Shown piece by piece: positions 17,800 to 27,284 of a stretch of 64,000 nt of DNA (position 1 is the stretch's first letter; every line of letters starts with the position of its first letter). This DNA comes from Candidatus Dormiibacterota bacterium (GTDB lineage: Bacteria > Chloroflexota > Dormibacteria > Aeolococcales > Aeolococcaceae). The stretch covers positions 61,969 to 125,968 of the forward strand of contig CAWHLW010000015.1 in NCBI GenBank assembly GCA_963830305.1, given 5' to 3'. The translations under genes were made by a program, and so were the position numbers. The notes under the pieces were generated by a model. It was not told the origin of the DNA. It did no database searches and was given only the letters and a program-made list of their open reading frames with translations.

Positions 17800-18384
17800 A
17801 TGAATGAGAACCACGCCTGTTGCTCGACCCCCGAATGGGCCGACCACATCCACCGCGAAGTCCTGGGATCGCTGTTGTCAGAGATCGATCTCGGTCATGA
17901 GATGCTCGAAATCGGCCCGGGGCCCGGCGCAGCGACGGAATGGCTTCGCAAACGCGTCCGCCGGCTGGTGGCAATCGAAGTTGATCCGGCGTCTGCGCAC
18001 CGCCTGGCGACCCGATACGCGGCGTCGAATGTCGAGGTGGTGACAGGAGATGCCTCGACACTCGCCTTCGACGACGCGTCGTTCGATTCCGTTGGCACCT
18101 TCACGATGCTGCATCACCTGCCGACCGTCTCGCTGCAAAACCAGGTGCTCAAGGAAGCCTGGCGGGTGTTGCGGCCGGCAGGGATCCTCGTCGGATCTGA
18201 CAGCCTGGGCTGCACTGAACTCCACGACTTCCACGCAGGCGATACGTACAACCCCATCGAACCGTCGTCGTTGATCGCCCGTCTCCAGACGATCGGATTC
18301 GATCACGTGATGGTCTCAGTGGGTTACGACGTGCGCTTTGTCGCGCGGAAGCCCGAGAGCGAAGTTTCGCAGTGCACGTCGTAG
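17800..18384 (+). CDS. Class I SAM-dependent methyltransferase
   Basis: MLEIGPGPGAATEWL...VAIEVD...VEVVTGDASTLAFDDASFDSVGTFTMLHHL...LRPAGILVGSD. Start at ATG 17800. Divergent from the AraC gene across a 55-nt gap. Confidence 0.85.
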   Translation: MNENHACCSTPEWADHIHREVLGSLLSEIDLGHEMLEIGPGPGAATEWLRKRVRRLVAIEVDPASAHRLATRYAASNVEVVTGDASTLAFDDASFDSVGTFTMLHHLPTVSLQNQVLKEAWRVLRPAGILVGSDSLGCTELHDFHAGDTYNPIEPSSLIARLQTIGFDHVMVSVGYDVRFVARKPESEVSQCTS

Positions 18385-18413
18385 TGACTACAACTCAATC
18401 GGAGGTGATCGCG

Positions 18414-18647
18414 ATGAACGGCCCGCAACTGATCGAGATGGCCCGGGTGGCGGAGCAGGAACACATGCAGGCCGCGGTCATGGCGCGATCCCGCGCAGAG
18501 GCGCGCATCGAGCGTCATCGTCTGCTTGGCCCGGGGCGGGTCGCGCGGGCGTGGGCCGCCTTCTGGGCTCCTCGCGACATGGTGCTCGTGTCCCGTCACA
18601 CCGCCGACATGGCGCCGGCGGACCTCACCCCGTGCGTGGACTGCTAG
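18414..18647 (+). CDS. Hypothetical small protein (77 aa)
   Basis: ATG 18414 lies 6 nt after GGAGGTG. No recognisable domain. Confidence 0.35.
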   Translation: MNGPQLIEMARVAEQEHMQAAVMARSRAEARIERHRLLGPGRVARAWAAFWAPRDMVLVSRHTADMAPADLTPCVDC

Positions 18648-18664
18648 GCCGGCACGGGCCTCGG

Positions 18665-19333
18665 CTATACGCCGTACGTCTTGCCGTTGCTCTTCTGAGT
18701 GCTCACGAGCAATCGCCACTGTGGCGGGGTGTTGTCGCCTGCACCGCGCGTCGCGACGAGCGTCCCTCTGTCCACAGCGAAGAACCCGTCCGGCGTGACC
18801 GAGATGTTGACCCAGTCCATCGGTCGAGGCGCCGGCCCGTAGAAGTTCGTTGAATCAATGAAGTAGCGGCTGCCGTGGCAGGGGCACGCCCAGCCATTGG
18901 GTATCTGCTGCGCCTTCGTGCGGATACCCCGATTGTCCGCAACCGAAGGTGCCACACCTGACCCGGTGACGACGTCGGTCACGTAGTTCGGCGTGCACCC
19001 GAGATGCGTGCAGATCAGCAACACCGCGTAGATCCCGGCGTCATCGAGGATGACGCTCACGCGATTGGCGGTGTCGGTGATGACGTTGACCGGGGTCACC
19101 GCTTTGCCGCCGACGACACCGCCGGTCAACTGAACAAATGTAAAGGACGTCTTGAAGAGGGCGGGCGCGTTGCTGGACGCAGCTGGGAACATGAACCGCA
19201 GTATCTGGACGCCACCGAAGAGCGACGCTCCGGCCGTGGCGAGGCCACCCATGATCAGGAGGAACTGCCGTCGTGTCGTCTCCGCACGAGTACGGAGCCT
19301 CCCTCGCGGCGATTCGTAAGGATTCAACGCCAC
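18665..19333 (-). CDS. Rieske [2Fe-2S] domain protein with a Tat signal (QcrA/PetC-like, orphan)
   Basis: Twin-arginine TRRQFLLIMGGLATAGA. Box I CTHLGC and box II CPCHGS. Start uncertain (GTG 19333 chosen); the upstream gene ends at 19372. Confidence 0.8.
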   Translation of the reverse strand: MALNPYESPRGRLRTRAETTRRQFLLIMGGLATAGASLFGGVQILRFMFPAASSNAPALFKTSFTFVQLTGGVVGGKAVTPVNVITDTANRVSVILDDAGIYAVLLICTHLGCTPNYVTDVVTGSGVAPSVADNRGIRTKAQQIPNGWACPCHGSRYFIDSTNFYGPAPRPMDWVNISVTPDGFFAVDRGTLVATRGAGDNTPPQWRLLVSTQKSNGKTYGV

Positions 19334-19371
19334 GATGTATTGAGATCTACGCTCTGGGTCTTTCAGTCGCG

Positions 19372-20067
19372 TTACGAGGGCCCCCTGACGCGCTTCGCGC
19401 GCCGACGGTGCGGCCAGAACGGCAGATCGAGCAAGCCGAAGAGGACGAGCCCAACCACAGCTGTGCCGAGGATGTACCACGGCCACGGTCCAAGCAGGCT
19501 CTGAATGCTGCCGGGGGAGGCAAATCGAAGGAAGTCGTAGTTGGCCTGTGCTTTCGCGTCGACTACTCCCACAAGTGCGAGGACCACCACGCTGACGACG
19601 ATGACCCGCGGAACCGCCCCCGGTTTTGGGTACAGGCGTCGCCCCACCACCAGGAGGACGGCGGCCGCGACCACACCGATGTGATCACCGTAGAACTCAA
19701 GCCAGTCGTAGGAAGGGAATACGATCACGTGATCCGGCGTGAGGATGCCCTGGAGGCCACCAGCGATCGCCCAGAACCACGTCACCTCGACGAGGATCGG
19801 CCGAGGCCAGATCAGTGCAACCGCGGCGACGAAAGCACCGATGTCGCAGAGGTAGAGAGGGAGGCTGTGGTTCACGTTCCACGTCCCGTTCTCCACCTGC
19901 ACCAGCTGATACACGATCTCGTTCACGACCAGGAACACTGCGAGCAGCCACGCGATGACCGTCACCCAGCGTCCCGGCCGGGCCCGAGCCAGCGGTCCCA
20001 GCGCGACGATCGCTATGACCGTGACAATCAGGGCAATAACGTGACTCGGGGTCGGGAACTGCTGCAC
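19372..20067 (-). CDS. TIGR02206/YwaF-like integral membrane protein
   Basis: 231 aa, ~7 TM helices. Family-typical LPLYLCD motif and overall layout. Confidence 0.7.
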   Translation of the reverse strand: MQQFPTPSHVIALIVTVIAIVALGPLARARPGRWVTVIAWLLAVFLVVNEIVYQLVQVENGTWNVNHSLPLYLCDIGAFVAAVALIWPRPILVEVTWFWAIAGGLQGILTPDHVIVFPSYDWLEFYGDHIGVVAAAVLLVVGRRLYPKPGAVPRVIVVSVVVLALVGVVDAKAQANYDFLRFASPGSIQSLLGPWPWYILGTAVVGLVLFGLLDLPFWPHRRRAKRVRGPS

Positions 20068-20355
20068 GGTTGTTCAGCTGGGGGATTCCCAACGAGTGTC
20101 GTACCCACGTTGACGAGGCTCGTCAGGCAGCGTTCAGGGTGCCTCAAGGCTACTCGAATACGGCTGGGTACGGTTCCGGCATGACCCGTCTGATGGGCGG
20201 CTCCAGGAAGGAGAAATGATGAGGCACGACAATGGGTCTGCGCACAGGACGTCGCGCGTCCGTCGCGGCTTTGGGCGACTACGATCGACAACGTGCCCGA
20301 GTAAGCTGCGCGCATCGCACGAGCGACCGCGCTCGATACATAAGGAAGGACCGAA

Positions 20356-21492
20356 ATGCGCATTCGTGTCGTACTGCTTACTCCGCTGATCTTTCTCGGC
20401 CTGGCCGTGGTGCCGGATGCGGTCTCGGCGGCGGGTTCTACGACGGTCGGCACCACTGCCGTCTGTGGTCCGTCGTGGAGCTACGTCGCGCAACCAACGC
20501 AGGGCGCCGACGGTGCAACGCTCGCCGGCGCGAGCGCGGTCGCGGTCAACAACGTCTGGGCGGTGGGATTTGCGGGCGTGACCGGCGGGCCGGTTACGGA
20601 ACACTGGAACGGTTCGTCGTGGACGCTGACGAGCGCGCCGACGAGCGTCGGGTCGACCAGCATCGAGGAGCTCAATGCGGTGAGTGCCGATGCGAGCGAC
20701 GATGCGTGGGCAGTGGGGAACGGCTACTCGAACAGCCTTGACCGTGAAGAGACCATTGCCGAGCACTGGAATGGCACGGCTTGGAAAGTGGTAACGACTC
20801 CGTCGCCTGGGGTGGGAATCTACGACGAGCTCACGGGTGTCCATGTGTTCTCACTCACGTCAGTCTGGGCCGTCGGCTATGACTTTCCCAACTCGGGCAC
20901 AACGGGCCCGATCGTCATGCGCTGGAACGGGGTGTCGTGGGCTCTGGTGACAACTCCTGCACCCAAGGGAACGGTGCTGACCGCAGTTGGGGGCACGTCG
21001 GACCACGATGTCTGGGTCGTGGGCGGCGGGTTGATCGAACACTGGAACGGCAGCGTCTGGGGGGTATCTGTGCACACCAGCAACAAGATCTTCTTCCACG
21101 GCGTCAGCGCTTTCTCACCAACCAATGCCTTTGTGGTCGGCTATAACGACTCCAATCCCTCGTCGTTCAGCGCCGTGACCGAGCAGTGGAACGGCACGTC
21201 GTGGAAATCAGTGGCTGTGCCGGAACTGGGCGTCGACCGAGGCCTCAGCGCGGTCGTCGCTGTGGCTCAGAACTGGTACGCGGCGGTTGGCTGGGAGACC
21301 CCACCCGATTCCGATGCCGGCGCATTTCCGATGATCGACCGCTGGACGGGGACCGCATGGACGGTCTCGACCGTGCCGAAGACCATGCGGTCCTCGCTCA
21401 TGGGGGTAACGGCACTTTCAACGGGGAACCTCTGGGCTGTCGGGCAGCTGGACGATGACGAAGGCAGCGTGGTCATGCAACGCTGCCCTTGA
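20356..21492 (+). CDS. Secreted beta-propeller-like repeat protein
   Basis: Signal peptide MRIRVVLLTPLIFLGLAVVPDAVSA. Six to seven ~50-aa repeats, each with [VW]AVG ... (E)HWNG(S/T)xW...(T/V)P: EHWNGSSWTL, EHWNGTAWKV, MRWNGVSWAL, EHWNGSVWGV, EQWNGTSWKS, DRWTGTAWTV. Confidence 0.7.
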   Translation: MRIRVVLLTPLIFLGLAVVPDAVSAAGSTTVGTTAVCGPSWSYVAQPTQGADGATLAGASAVAVNNVWAVGFAGVTGGPVTEHWNGSSWTLTSAPTSVGSTSIEELNAVSADASDDAWAVGNGYSNSLDREETIAEHWNGTAWKVVTTPSPGVGIYDELTGVHVFSLTSVWAVGYDFPNSGTTGPIVMRWNGVSWALVTTPAPKGTVLTAVGGTSDHDVWVVGGGLIEHWNGSVWGVSVHTSNKIFFHGVSAFSPTNAFVVGYNDSNPSSFSAVTEQWNGTSWKSVAVPELGVDRGLSAVVAVAQNWYAAVGWETPPDSDAGAFPMIDRWTGTAWTVSTVPKTMRSSLMGVTALSTGNLWAVGQLDDDEGSVVMQRCP

Positions 21493-21496
21493 CCTA

Positions 21497-22282
21497 CTAG
21501 GCGACATCCCTTCGAGTCAGCGTCACCCACCCGGCGATCGCGAAGACGAGACCCCACGCGGCGAGCACGATCGCTCCTTGCCATGGCACAAGAAGCGTGA
21601 TCCCGCCACGTCCGGGGGCGGCATCGATTTGTGTCATGGCTGAGGCAGCTGCGGCAGGCAGGAACTTGTAGATGTCAGCCAGCCACGCCCAGAGAGTGCT
21701 GAGCGCGCCGATGAGCAACTCCAGAAGGAGGAACCAGACCAGCGCGGAGATCACGGCGGTGATCTGGTTGCGGATCAGCACGCCGATGCCGACGCCGACA
21801 ACGGCAAAGATGGCGACGTCACCGAACACGGCGAGGAGCACCAAGTACAGGTCGTTGGAGGCCCATCCGAGCGTGATCCCCTTGGAGCTGTACCACGGCA
21901 CCATGAAGGCGACGGCAACGGCCGAGCACACCAGTCCGTACAGCACGCCGAGCCCTGCACCCGTGATGAGCTTGGCAACCACCACCCGCCCGCGACGTGG
22001 CTCGATGAGAAAGGTCGGCCGGCTCGTGAAATGCCGGAATTCGGTCGTCATGAAGATGATCCCGACCACCATCGAGAAGATGTACCCGATCGACGCCGAG
22101 GCGAGGATGGCGCGCTGCTCGATGCCCGTGCCAAGCGGCAGAGCCTGGCTCCGCTTAAGGCCGTTGGTCGCGAGTTGCGCGAAGACGGTGATGGCCGTGA
22201 ACGCGACCGCGCCGAGGAGCATGCCCCACCACAGCTTGGTCGTCACGAGCTTCCGCCACTCGGCCCGAAGGAGCCGGCTCAT
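21497..22282 (-). CDS. ABC-2 type transporter permease
   Basis: 261 aa, 6 TM helices. 4-nt overlap (ATGA) with the upstream ATPase gene. Confidence 0.85.
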   Translation of the reverse strand: MSRLLRAEWRKLVTTKLWWGMLLGAVAFTAITVFAQLATNGLKRSQALPLGTGIEQRAILASASIGYIFSMVVGIIFMTTEFRHFTSRPTFLIEPRRGRVVVAKLITGAGLGVLYGLVCSAVAVAFMVPWYSSKGITLGWASNDLYLVLLAVFGDVAIFAVVGVGIGVLIRNQITAVISALVWFLLLELLIGALSTLWAWLADIYKFLPAAAASAMTQIDAAPGRGGITLLVPWQGAIVLAAWGLVFAIAGWVTLTRRDVA

Positions 22283-23208
22283 TCCGTGGTCCCCCCGGTC
22301 AGGGCGAGGAAGACGCCTTCGAGGCTGGCCTGGTCGTCGGTGAGCTGGTGGATCTCGACATGTGCCACCCAGGCGGCGTGCCCGATCTCAGCCCCTGTCG
22401 CACCGCCGACCCGAAGGCTCCCGTCGCTCTCCTTTGCGATTGTGATGTTCGGGAGGCTCGCGATTGCCGCTCGCAACCCCGCTTCATCGGGCACGCGCAC
22501 GATGCACGAACCGCTCTGCTGAGAGCGCAACTCCTGGAGCGTGCCTTCCCGCACCAACTGTCCCTGACGCAGGATCACCACGCGGTCGACGGTCTGTTCG
22601 ACCTCCGAAAGCACGTGGCTGGACACCAGGATGGTGCGGCCCTCGTTGTCGGCAAGATGCCGGAGAAACCCGCGAAGCCACACGATGCCCTCGGGGTCGA
22701 GGCCATTGGCGGGTTCGTCGAGCACCAGGATCCTGGGATTCCCCAGGAGTGCCGTCGCGAGGGCAAGACGCTGGCGCATCCCGGTGGAGAACCCGCCCGC
22801 GAGCTTTCGCGCGAAGGGCGTGAGCCCCACCAGTTCGAGCACTTCGTCAGCCCGCGAGTCAGGCAATCCTGCCGCCGCGGTGTAGACCCGCAGGTGGTTC
22901 CGCGCGGTCCGTCCCGGATGAAAGCTGTTCGCCTCCAGGACCGCTCCCACCATGCGGGCCGGATCCTGCAGGTCGCGATAGTGGCGTCCCGCGACCGTCG
23001 CCTCACCGGAATCCGGGTGGGCGAGACCGAGAATCATCCTGAGCGTCGTCGTCTTGCCGGCCCCGTTCGGGCCAAGGAAACCGGTGACCGATCCTGGTTC
23101 CACGGTGAAGCTGAGATCGACGACCGCTCGGACGTCGCCGAAGTGCTTGCTGAGGCCCTTGGCGACGATGCGCGCGGCGGCTGGGTCTGTCGCCTCTGGA
23201 GTGATCAT
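22279..23208 (-). CDS. ABC transporter ATP-binding protein (DrrA/ABC-2 exporter type)
   Basis: Walker A GPNGAGKTT, signature FSTGMRQRLALATAL, Walker B ILVLDEPANGLD. Confidence 0.9.
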   Translation of the reverse strand: MITPEATDPAAARIVAKGLSKHFGDVRAVVDLSFTVEPGSVTGFLGPNGAGKTTTLRMILGLAHPDSGEATVAGRHYRDLQDPARMVGAVLEANSFHPGRTARNHLRVYTAAAGLPDSRADEVLELVGLTPFARKLAGGFSTGMRQRLALATALLGNPRILVLDEPANGLDPEGIVWLRGFLRHLADNEGRTILVSSHVLSEVEQTVDRVVILRQGQLVREGTLQELRSQQSGSCIVRVPDEAGLRAAIASLPNITIAKESDGSLRVGGATGAEIGHAAWVAHVEIHQLTDDQASLEGVFLALTGGTTE

Positions 23209-23414
23209 CCGCTTGTCCTGATGGAGCTCATCGTGTCGCGGAGAGTTTGCAGGTTTCGCCTCGGATCTCCGCCTCGGCTCGCGATCCCGTGATGGTCAGC
23301 GGTTCAGCAACCGAGCAACTCGGGGCGAGCGCACAACACCGCGCCGGAACCATGCAGCGCGTGCGAGGCGAACCACCTGTCTAAGCTTGAGACAGTCCAC
23401 GGGCGCACGGAGGA

Positions 23415-24266
23415 GTGGCTATGAACGTCGGAATCCTTGGCACTGGCAAGATGGGCGGCGCAATGGCGCGCCGGCTCGCGGCCTCCGGGTTCGAGGTGAC
23501 GCTGTGGAATCGCTCGCCCAGCAAGGCACAGCAACTCCACATTGGCCGCATCGCAGCCACACCGGCCGACGACGCTCGTGATGCCGATGTGATCATCAGC
23601 AGTCTCACCAACGACACCGCGCTTCGGGACGTGTACTTCGGTGAGCACGGCGTGCTCGGGGCCGCCGCCGGCAAACTGGTTATCGATACCAGCACCGCTG
23701 GACCGGAGATCGCTGAAGCGATTGGCCGCGAGGCGCAGGCGGCCGGCGTGCGTTTTCTCGAGGCGCCGGTCATCGGCAGTGTGCCGGCCGTTGAGGCTGG
23801 AAAGCTGCTGGTCCTCGCCGCAGGCGACCAGGCAGACGCCGAACAAGCGCGTCCCGTTCTGGAACACCTCGGCGAGGTCCTCTATGTGGGCGAGCGCGGC
23901 AGCGCGCAGCGGTTGAAGCTGATTGCCAACAGCATGCTGGGCATCACCAGCGCAGCGGCCGGCGAACTGCTGACCGCCGGGACAGCGGCCGGCCTCGAGC
24001 GTGAGCAGGTCTTCAAGATCCTGCTTCGCTTTGCGCCTGGCCTCGCCGCTCGAGAGCGCGGGTTCCTCCACGACGAGCACACGCCGACCATGTTCGCTGT
24101 GCGTGACCTCGTCAAGGACCTCGATCTTGCGTCGCGCGTCTTCGACGATCAGGATGGCGCCACGCCGCTCACTCACGTGACGCACGAGCTTTACGCAGAC
24201 GCGATGAAGGAGTCGGCGGACCTCGACATCTCTGCAATCGTCAGAGTCCTGCAGCACCGCAACTGA
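23415..24266 (+). CDS. NAD(P)-dependent oxidoreductase, 3-hydroxyisobutyrate/6-phosphogluconate dehydrogenase-like family
   Basis: N-terminal Rossmann VGILGTGKMGGAMARRLAASGFEVTLWNRS. Central FLEAPVIGS and KLIANS motifs. Confidence 0.85.
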   Translation: MAMNVGILGTGKMGGAMARRLAASGFEVTLWNRSPSKAQQLHIGRIAATPADDARDADVIISSLTNDTALRDVYFGEHGVLGAAAGKLVIDTSTAGPEIAEAIGREAQAAGVRFLEAPVIGSVPAVEAGKLLVLAAGDQADAEQARPVLEHLGEVLYVGERGSAQRLKLIANSMLGITSAAAGELLTAGTAAGLEREQVFKILLRFAPGLAARERGFLHDEHTPTMFAVRDLVKDLDLASRVFDDQDGATPLTHVTHELYADAMKESADLDISAIVRVLQHRN

Positions 24267-24290
24267 GGCGCCGCTGACGATCGCTCGTCG

Positions 24291-25025
24291 TCAGTGCTCG
24301 ACGCGAAGCCACGCGGAACCGGCGGTTCCGCGTATCCGGCTCGCCAGCGCCACGCTCGCCAGCACGGCGAGCGCGATGACCAGCGGATAGATGATGTGCG
24401 CGGAGAGCACAAGCGCGGCGCCCACGACGGCGCCGGAGAGCATCGCTGCGACCGCAACCAGGCGGCGACCAGCCTTGGATCCCGGCCCACCCGCAAGCTT
24501 GCTGTCTGCGGCGATGCCAGTGATCGTCAGCGTGAGCACCGTGGTGGTCAGGTCCGGCACGGCGAGCTTGCGCGAAGCGGCATTCTGGATGCCCATCGCG
24601 ATCGCGAGGACGGCAATGAGCGCGTAGCGGTATCCCGGCGATATCGAGCTGCCGCTGACGATCGCGAGGACCACCGCCGCCGCGAGAAAGACCACCTGCA
24701 AGGTGGCGGCCGTGGCCAGGAGGTAGCCGCGGTGCTCCGTAAACCGCGTCCCGATCCTGCCCCCGACCAACGCTCCGAGAAAAAACGCTGCCATCGACAC
24801 CACGGATGCGGCAACCGAGAACCCCGGCGCTCCCACCAGGGCGAAGGCGAGGAGCACGACATTGCCGGTCATGTTGGCGACGAACACATGTCCGAGGAGG
24901 AGGTAGCTGAACGCGTCGACAAGTCCGGTGACGAAGGTCATCGCGATGAGCAGCGGTGGTAGGGGGCCATGCGTCGAGTTGCGATCTGGAGCGAGCGTCT
25001 GGCGGACCTCGGAGAAGAAGCTCAT
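24291..25025 (-). CDS. YoaK/DUF1275 family membrane protein
   Basis: LLIAMTFVTGLVDAFSYLLLGHVFVANMTGNVVLLAFAL is the family signature. 244 aa, ~6 TM helices. Confidence 0.8.
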   Translation of the reverse strand: MSFFSEVRQTLAPDRNSTHGPLPPLLIAMTFVTGLVDAFSYLLLGHVFVANMTGNVVLLAFALVGAPGFSVAASVVSMAAFFLGALVGGRIGTRFTEHRGYLLATAATLQVVFLAAAVVLAIVSGSSISPGYRYALIAVLAIAMGIQNAASRKLAVPDLTTTVLTLTITGIAADSKLAGGPGSKAGRRLVAVAAMLSGAVVGAALVLSAHIIYPLVIALAVLASVALASRIRGTAGSAWLRVEH

Positions 25026-25067
25026 TGGACACGTGTTATAGAGAACCGGTCCCGGGGTATATAATGC

Positions 25068-25595
25068 TTGCCAGCAGTCAACTATTTCTCGGGAGCCAGG
25101 CTGAACACGAATAATGTTCCAGGCGCGGAGGTCGGTGACGACCTGAATGCGGCGCGCCTGCGGAGCGCCGTCAACCGGATGTCGCGGCGGCTCCGGCCGA
25201 CCTCAGCCGCGGGAACGCTCACCACGACAGAGGTCGACATCCTCGTTGCGGCAGAACGGCAGGGTCCGGTTCGGATGTCGGACCTCGCCAGCTTTGCCGG
25301 GTTGAACCCGACGATGCTCTCGCGTCTGATTCCAAAACTGGAGGCTGCCGGTCTGATACGGCGGATTCACGATGCGGCCGACCGGCGTGTCTGCCGAGTC
25401 ACCGCAACGCCCAAAGGGAGCCGGCTGCTCGATCGGATTCGATCGGAGCGGAACGATGCGCTGTCACGGCGCCTTCGTGATCTCGAGGCGAGTGAGCGCG
25501 ACACACTCGCGCTCGCGCTTCCCATCCTCGAAGACCTGGCCGAGCGGCTTCGCCCCGGTTGGACTGCGGATGAGCGGAGGGATCGGACGGCATGA
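25068..25595 (+). CDS. MarR family transcriptional regulator
   Basis: LTTTEVDILVAAERQGPVRMSDLASFAGLNPTMLSRLIPKLEAAGLIRRIHDAADRRVCRVTATPKG is a winged HTH. ATGA overlap with the downstream MFS gene. The true start may be internal. Confidence 0.85.
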   Translation: MPAVNYFSGARLNTNNVPGAEVGDDLNAARLRSAVNRMSRRLRPTSAAGTLTTTEVDILVAAERQGPVRMSDLASFAGLNPTMLSRLIPKLEAAGLIRRIHDAADRRVCRVTATPKGSRLLDRIRSERNDALSRRLRDLEASERDTLALALPILEDLAERLRPGWTADERRDRTA

Positions 25596-26890
25596 CCAGC
25601 GTGATGGCCATCGGCCGGCGCACCTTCTCAGCGCTCGCCATTCCGAACTACCGGCGGTACTTCTTCGGGCAGAGCACGTCACTCATCGGGACGTGGATGC
25701 AATCCGTCGCGCAGTCCTGGCTCGTCTTTACGCTCACGCACTCGCCAACCGCGATTGGATTCGTGCTGGCGCTGCAGACACTGCCGGTGCTCTTCCTCGG
25801 GCCGTATGGCGGGGTGATCGCCGACCGCGTCAACAAGCGGCGCTTCCTGATCATCCTGCAGTCGCTGATGGGAGTGCAGGCGCTGGTGCTCGGCGTCCTC
25901 GTCGTCACGCACGCGGTGGTCTTCTGGGAGATCTGCCTCCTTGCGGTGATTCTCGGACTCAACAACTGCTTTGAGAACCCATCTCGCCAGGCATTCATGC
26001 TCGAGATGGTTGGGGCCGATCATGTCCGCAACGCGGTGAGCCTCAACTCCACGATGGTGAACGCGGCGCGAGCCGTCGGTCCGGCGGTGGCGGGATTGCT
26101 GATCGCGACCGTTGGTGTGGGCGTGTGCTTTCTGGTCAATGCTGTGAGCTTCGTGGCGGTCGTGTACTCGCTCACCTCGATGGATCCGAAGGCGCTCCGG
26201 CCGAGCCCGCCCACCCGGCGCGGAAAGGGACAGCTGCGTGAAGGGCTCCGCTACGTGGCGAGAGAACCGCGGCTGTGGGTCCCGCTCTTGATGGCCACCA
26301 TCGTGGGGACGCTGGCGTACGAATTCCAGGTCACGTTGCCCGTGGTGGCCAAGCAGACCTTTGGTGGCAACGCGGCCACGTACGGGTTCCTCACCGCCGC
26401 CATGGGATTTGGCGCCGTCTTCGGTGGACTCTTCACCGCGACGCGCGGTCGTACCGGGCTGCGCACCATGACGATCGCCGGCACCGGTTTCGGGGTCGCA
26501 ATGCTCTGCGTCGCGCTGGCGCCGAACCTCGCAGTCGCGTTCGTGGCCATGGGTGTGACGGGCTTTGCGGCCATCTGCTTCATGTCAACCGGCAACGCGA
26601 CCCTGCAGCTCGCGGCCGCACCCTCGATGCGCGGGCGCGTGATGGCGCTGTGGGCGGTCGGCTTCATGGGCTCGACGCCGGTCGGCGGACCGCTGATCGG
26701 CTGGGTCGTGCAGGTGGCCGGGGCGCGGAGCGGCCTGGCGGTCGGAGCGGTGTCCTGCCTTGCTGCCGCCGGGATCGGGTTCCTCGCCATGCGCAAGCTC
26801 GAGCGCCGCCGCATCAACGCATTGCAGCCGCCGATGGTCGAGGACGGGTTGGAGTTGATCGAGCAGCTGGTCGCCGCCGAGACGGAGTGA
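25592..26890 (+). CDS. MFS transporter (EntS/MFS_3-like)
   Basis: 432 aa, 12 TM helices. N-terminus RNYRRYFFGQSTSLIGTWMQSVAQSWLV and GGVIADRVNKRR are typical. Confidence 0.85.
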   Translation: MTSVMAIGRRTFSALAIPNYRRYFFGQSTSLIGTWMQSVAQSWLVFTLTHSPTAIGFVLALQTLPVLFLGPYGGVIADRVNKRRFLIILQSLMGVQALVLGVLVVTHAVVFWEICLLAVILGLNNCFENPSRQAFMLEMVGADHVRNAVSLNSTMVNAARAVGPAVAGLLIATVGVGVCFLVNAVSFVAVVYSLTSMDPKALRPSPPTRRGKGQLREGLRYVAREPRLWVPLLMATIVGTLAYEFQVTLPVVAKQTFGGNAATYGFLTAAMGFGAVFGGLFTATRGRTGLRTMTIAGTGFGVAMLCVALAPNLAVAFVAMGVTGFAAICFMSTGNATLQLAAAPSMRGRVMALWAVGFMGSTPVGGPLIGWVVQVAGARSGLAVGAVSCLAAAGIGFLAMRKLERRRINALQPPMVEDGLELIEQLVAAETE

Positions 26891-26974
26891 GGCCGTCCCG
26901 TCGATGACGCACGCCGTATTCGTCGCAGGGGCAGGTATCCAATCGTTGAGCTATCCGATCGTTAGAGTCGACGC

Positions 26975-27253
26975 ATGATCGGGGACATGGTTGAGGTCAT
27001 CGTGGACTCGGGGACCGGAAGTGCACGGACCTTCGAGATCGCGGCGACGCGTGCCGGACGACGGGTGGAGGTGACGAGCGCGAGGGGCATCATCGAGGTG
27101 GCGGAACTCACTCGCAGCGGCCAGCCGGTGCGGGTGGGTCGATTCATGGCGACCCGCGTGATCGCCATCGTCGAGCACCCCGCGTCCGACAACAAGGCCG
27201 GACCGGAGCACCGACGGAACAAACGGGTCGAACAGGAAGAGACGCTGCTCTAA
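26975..27253 (+). CDS. Hypothetical protein (92 aa)
   Basis: High GC3 throughout. No domain recognised and no clear SD. Confidence 0.35.
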   Translation: MIGDMVEVIVDSGTGSARTFEIAATRAGRRVEVTSARGIIEVAELTRSGQPVRVGRFMATRVIAIVEHPASDNKAGPEHRRNKRVEQEETLL

Positions 27254-27284
27254 CCTCAGCCGTGCGTGGTGCACGGGCGCATGT

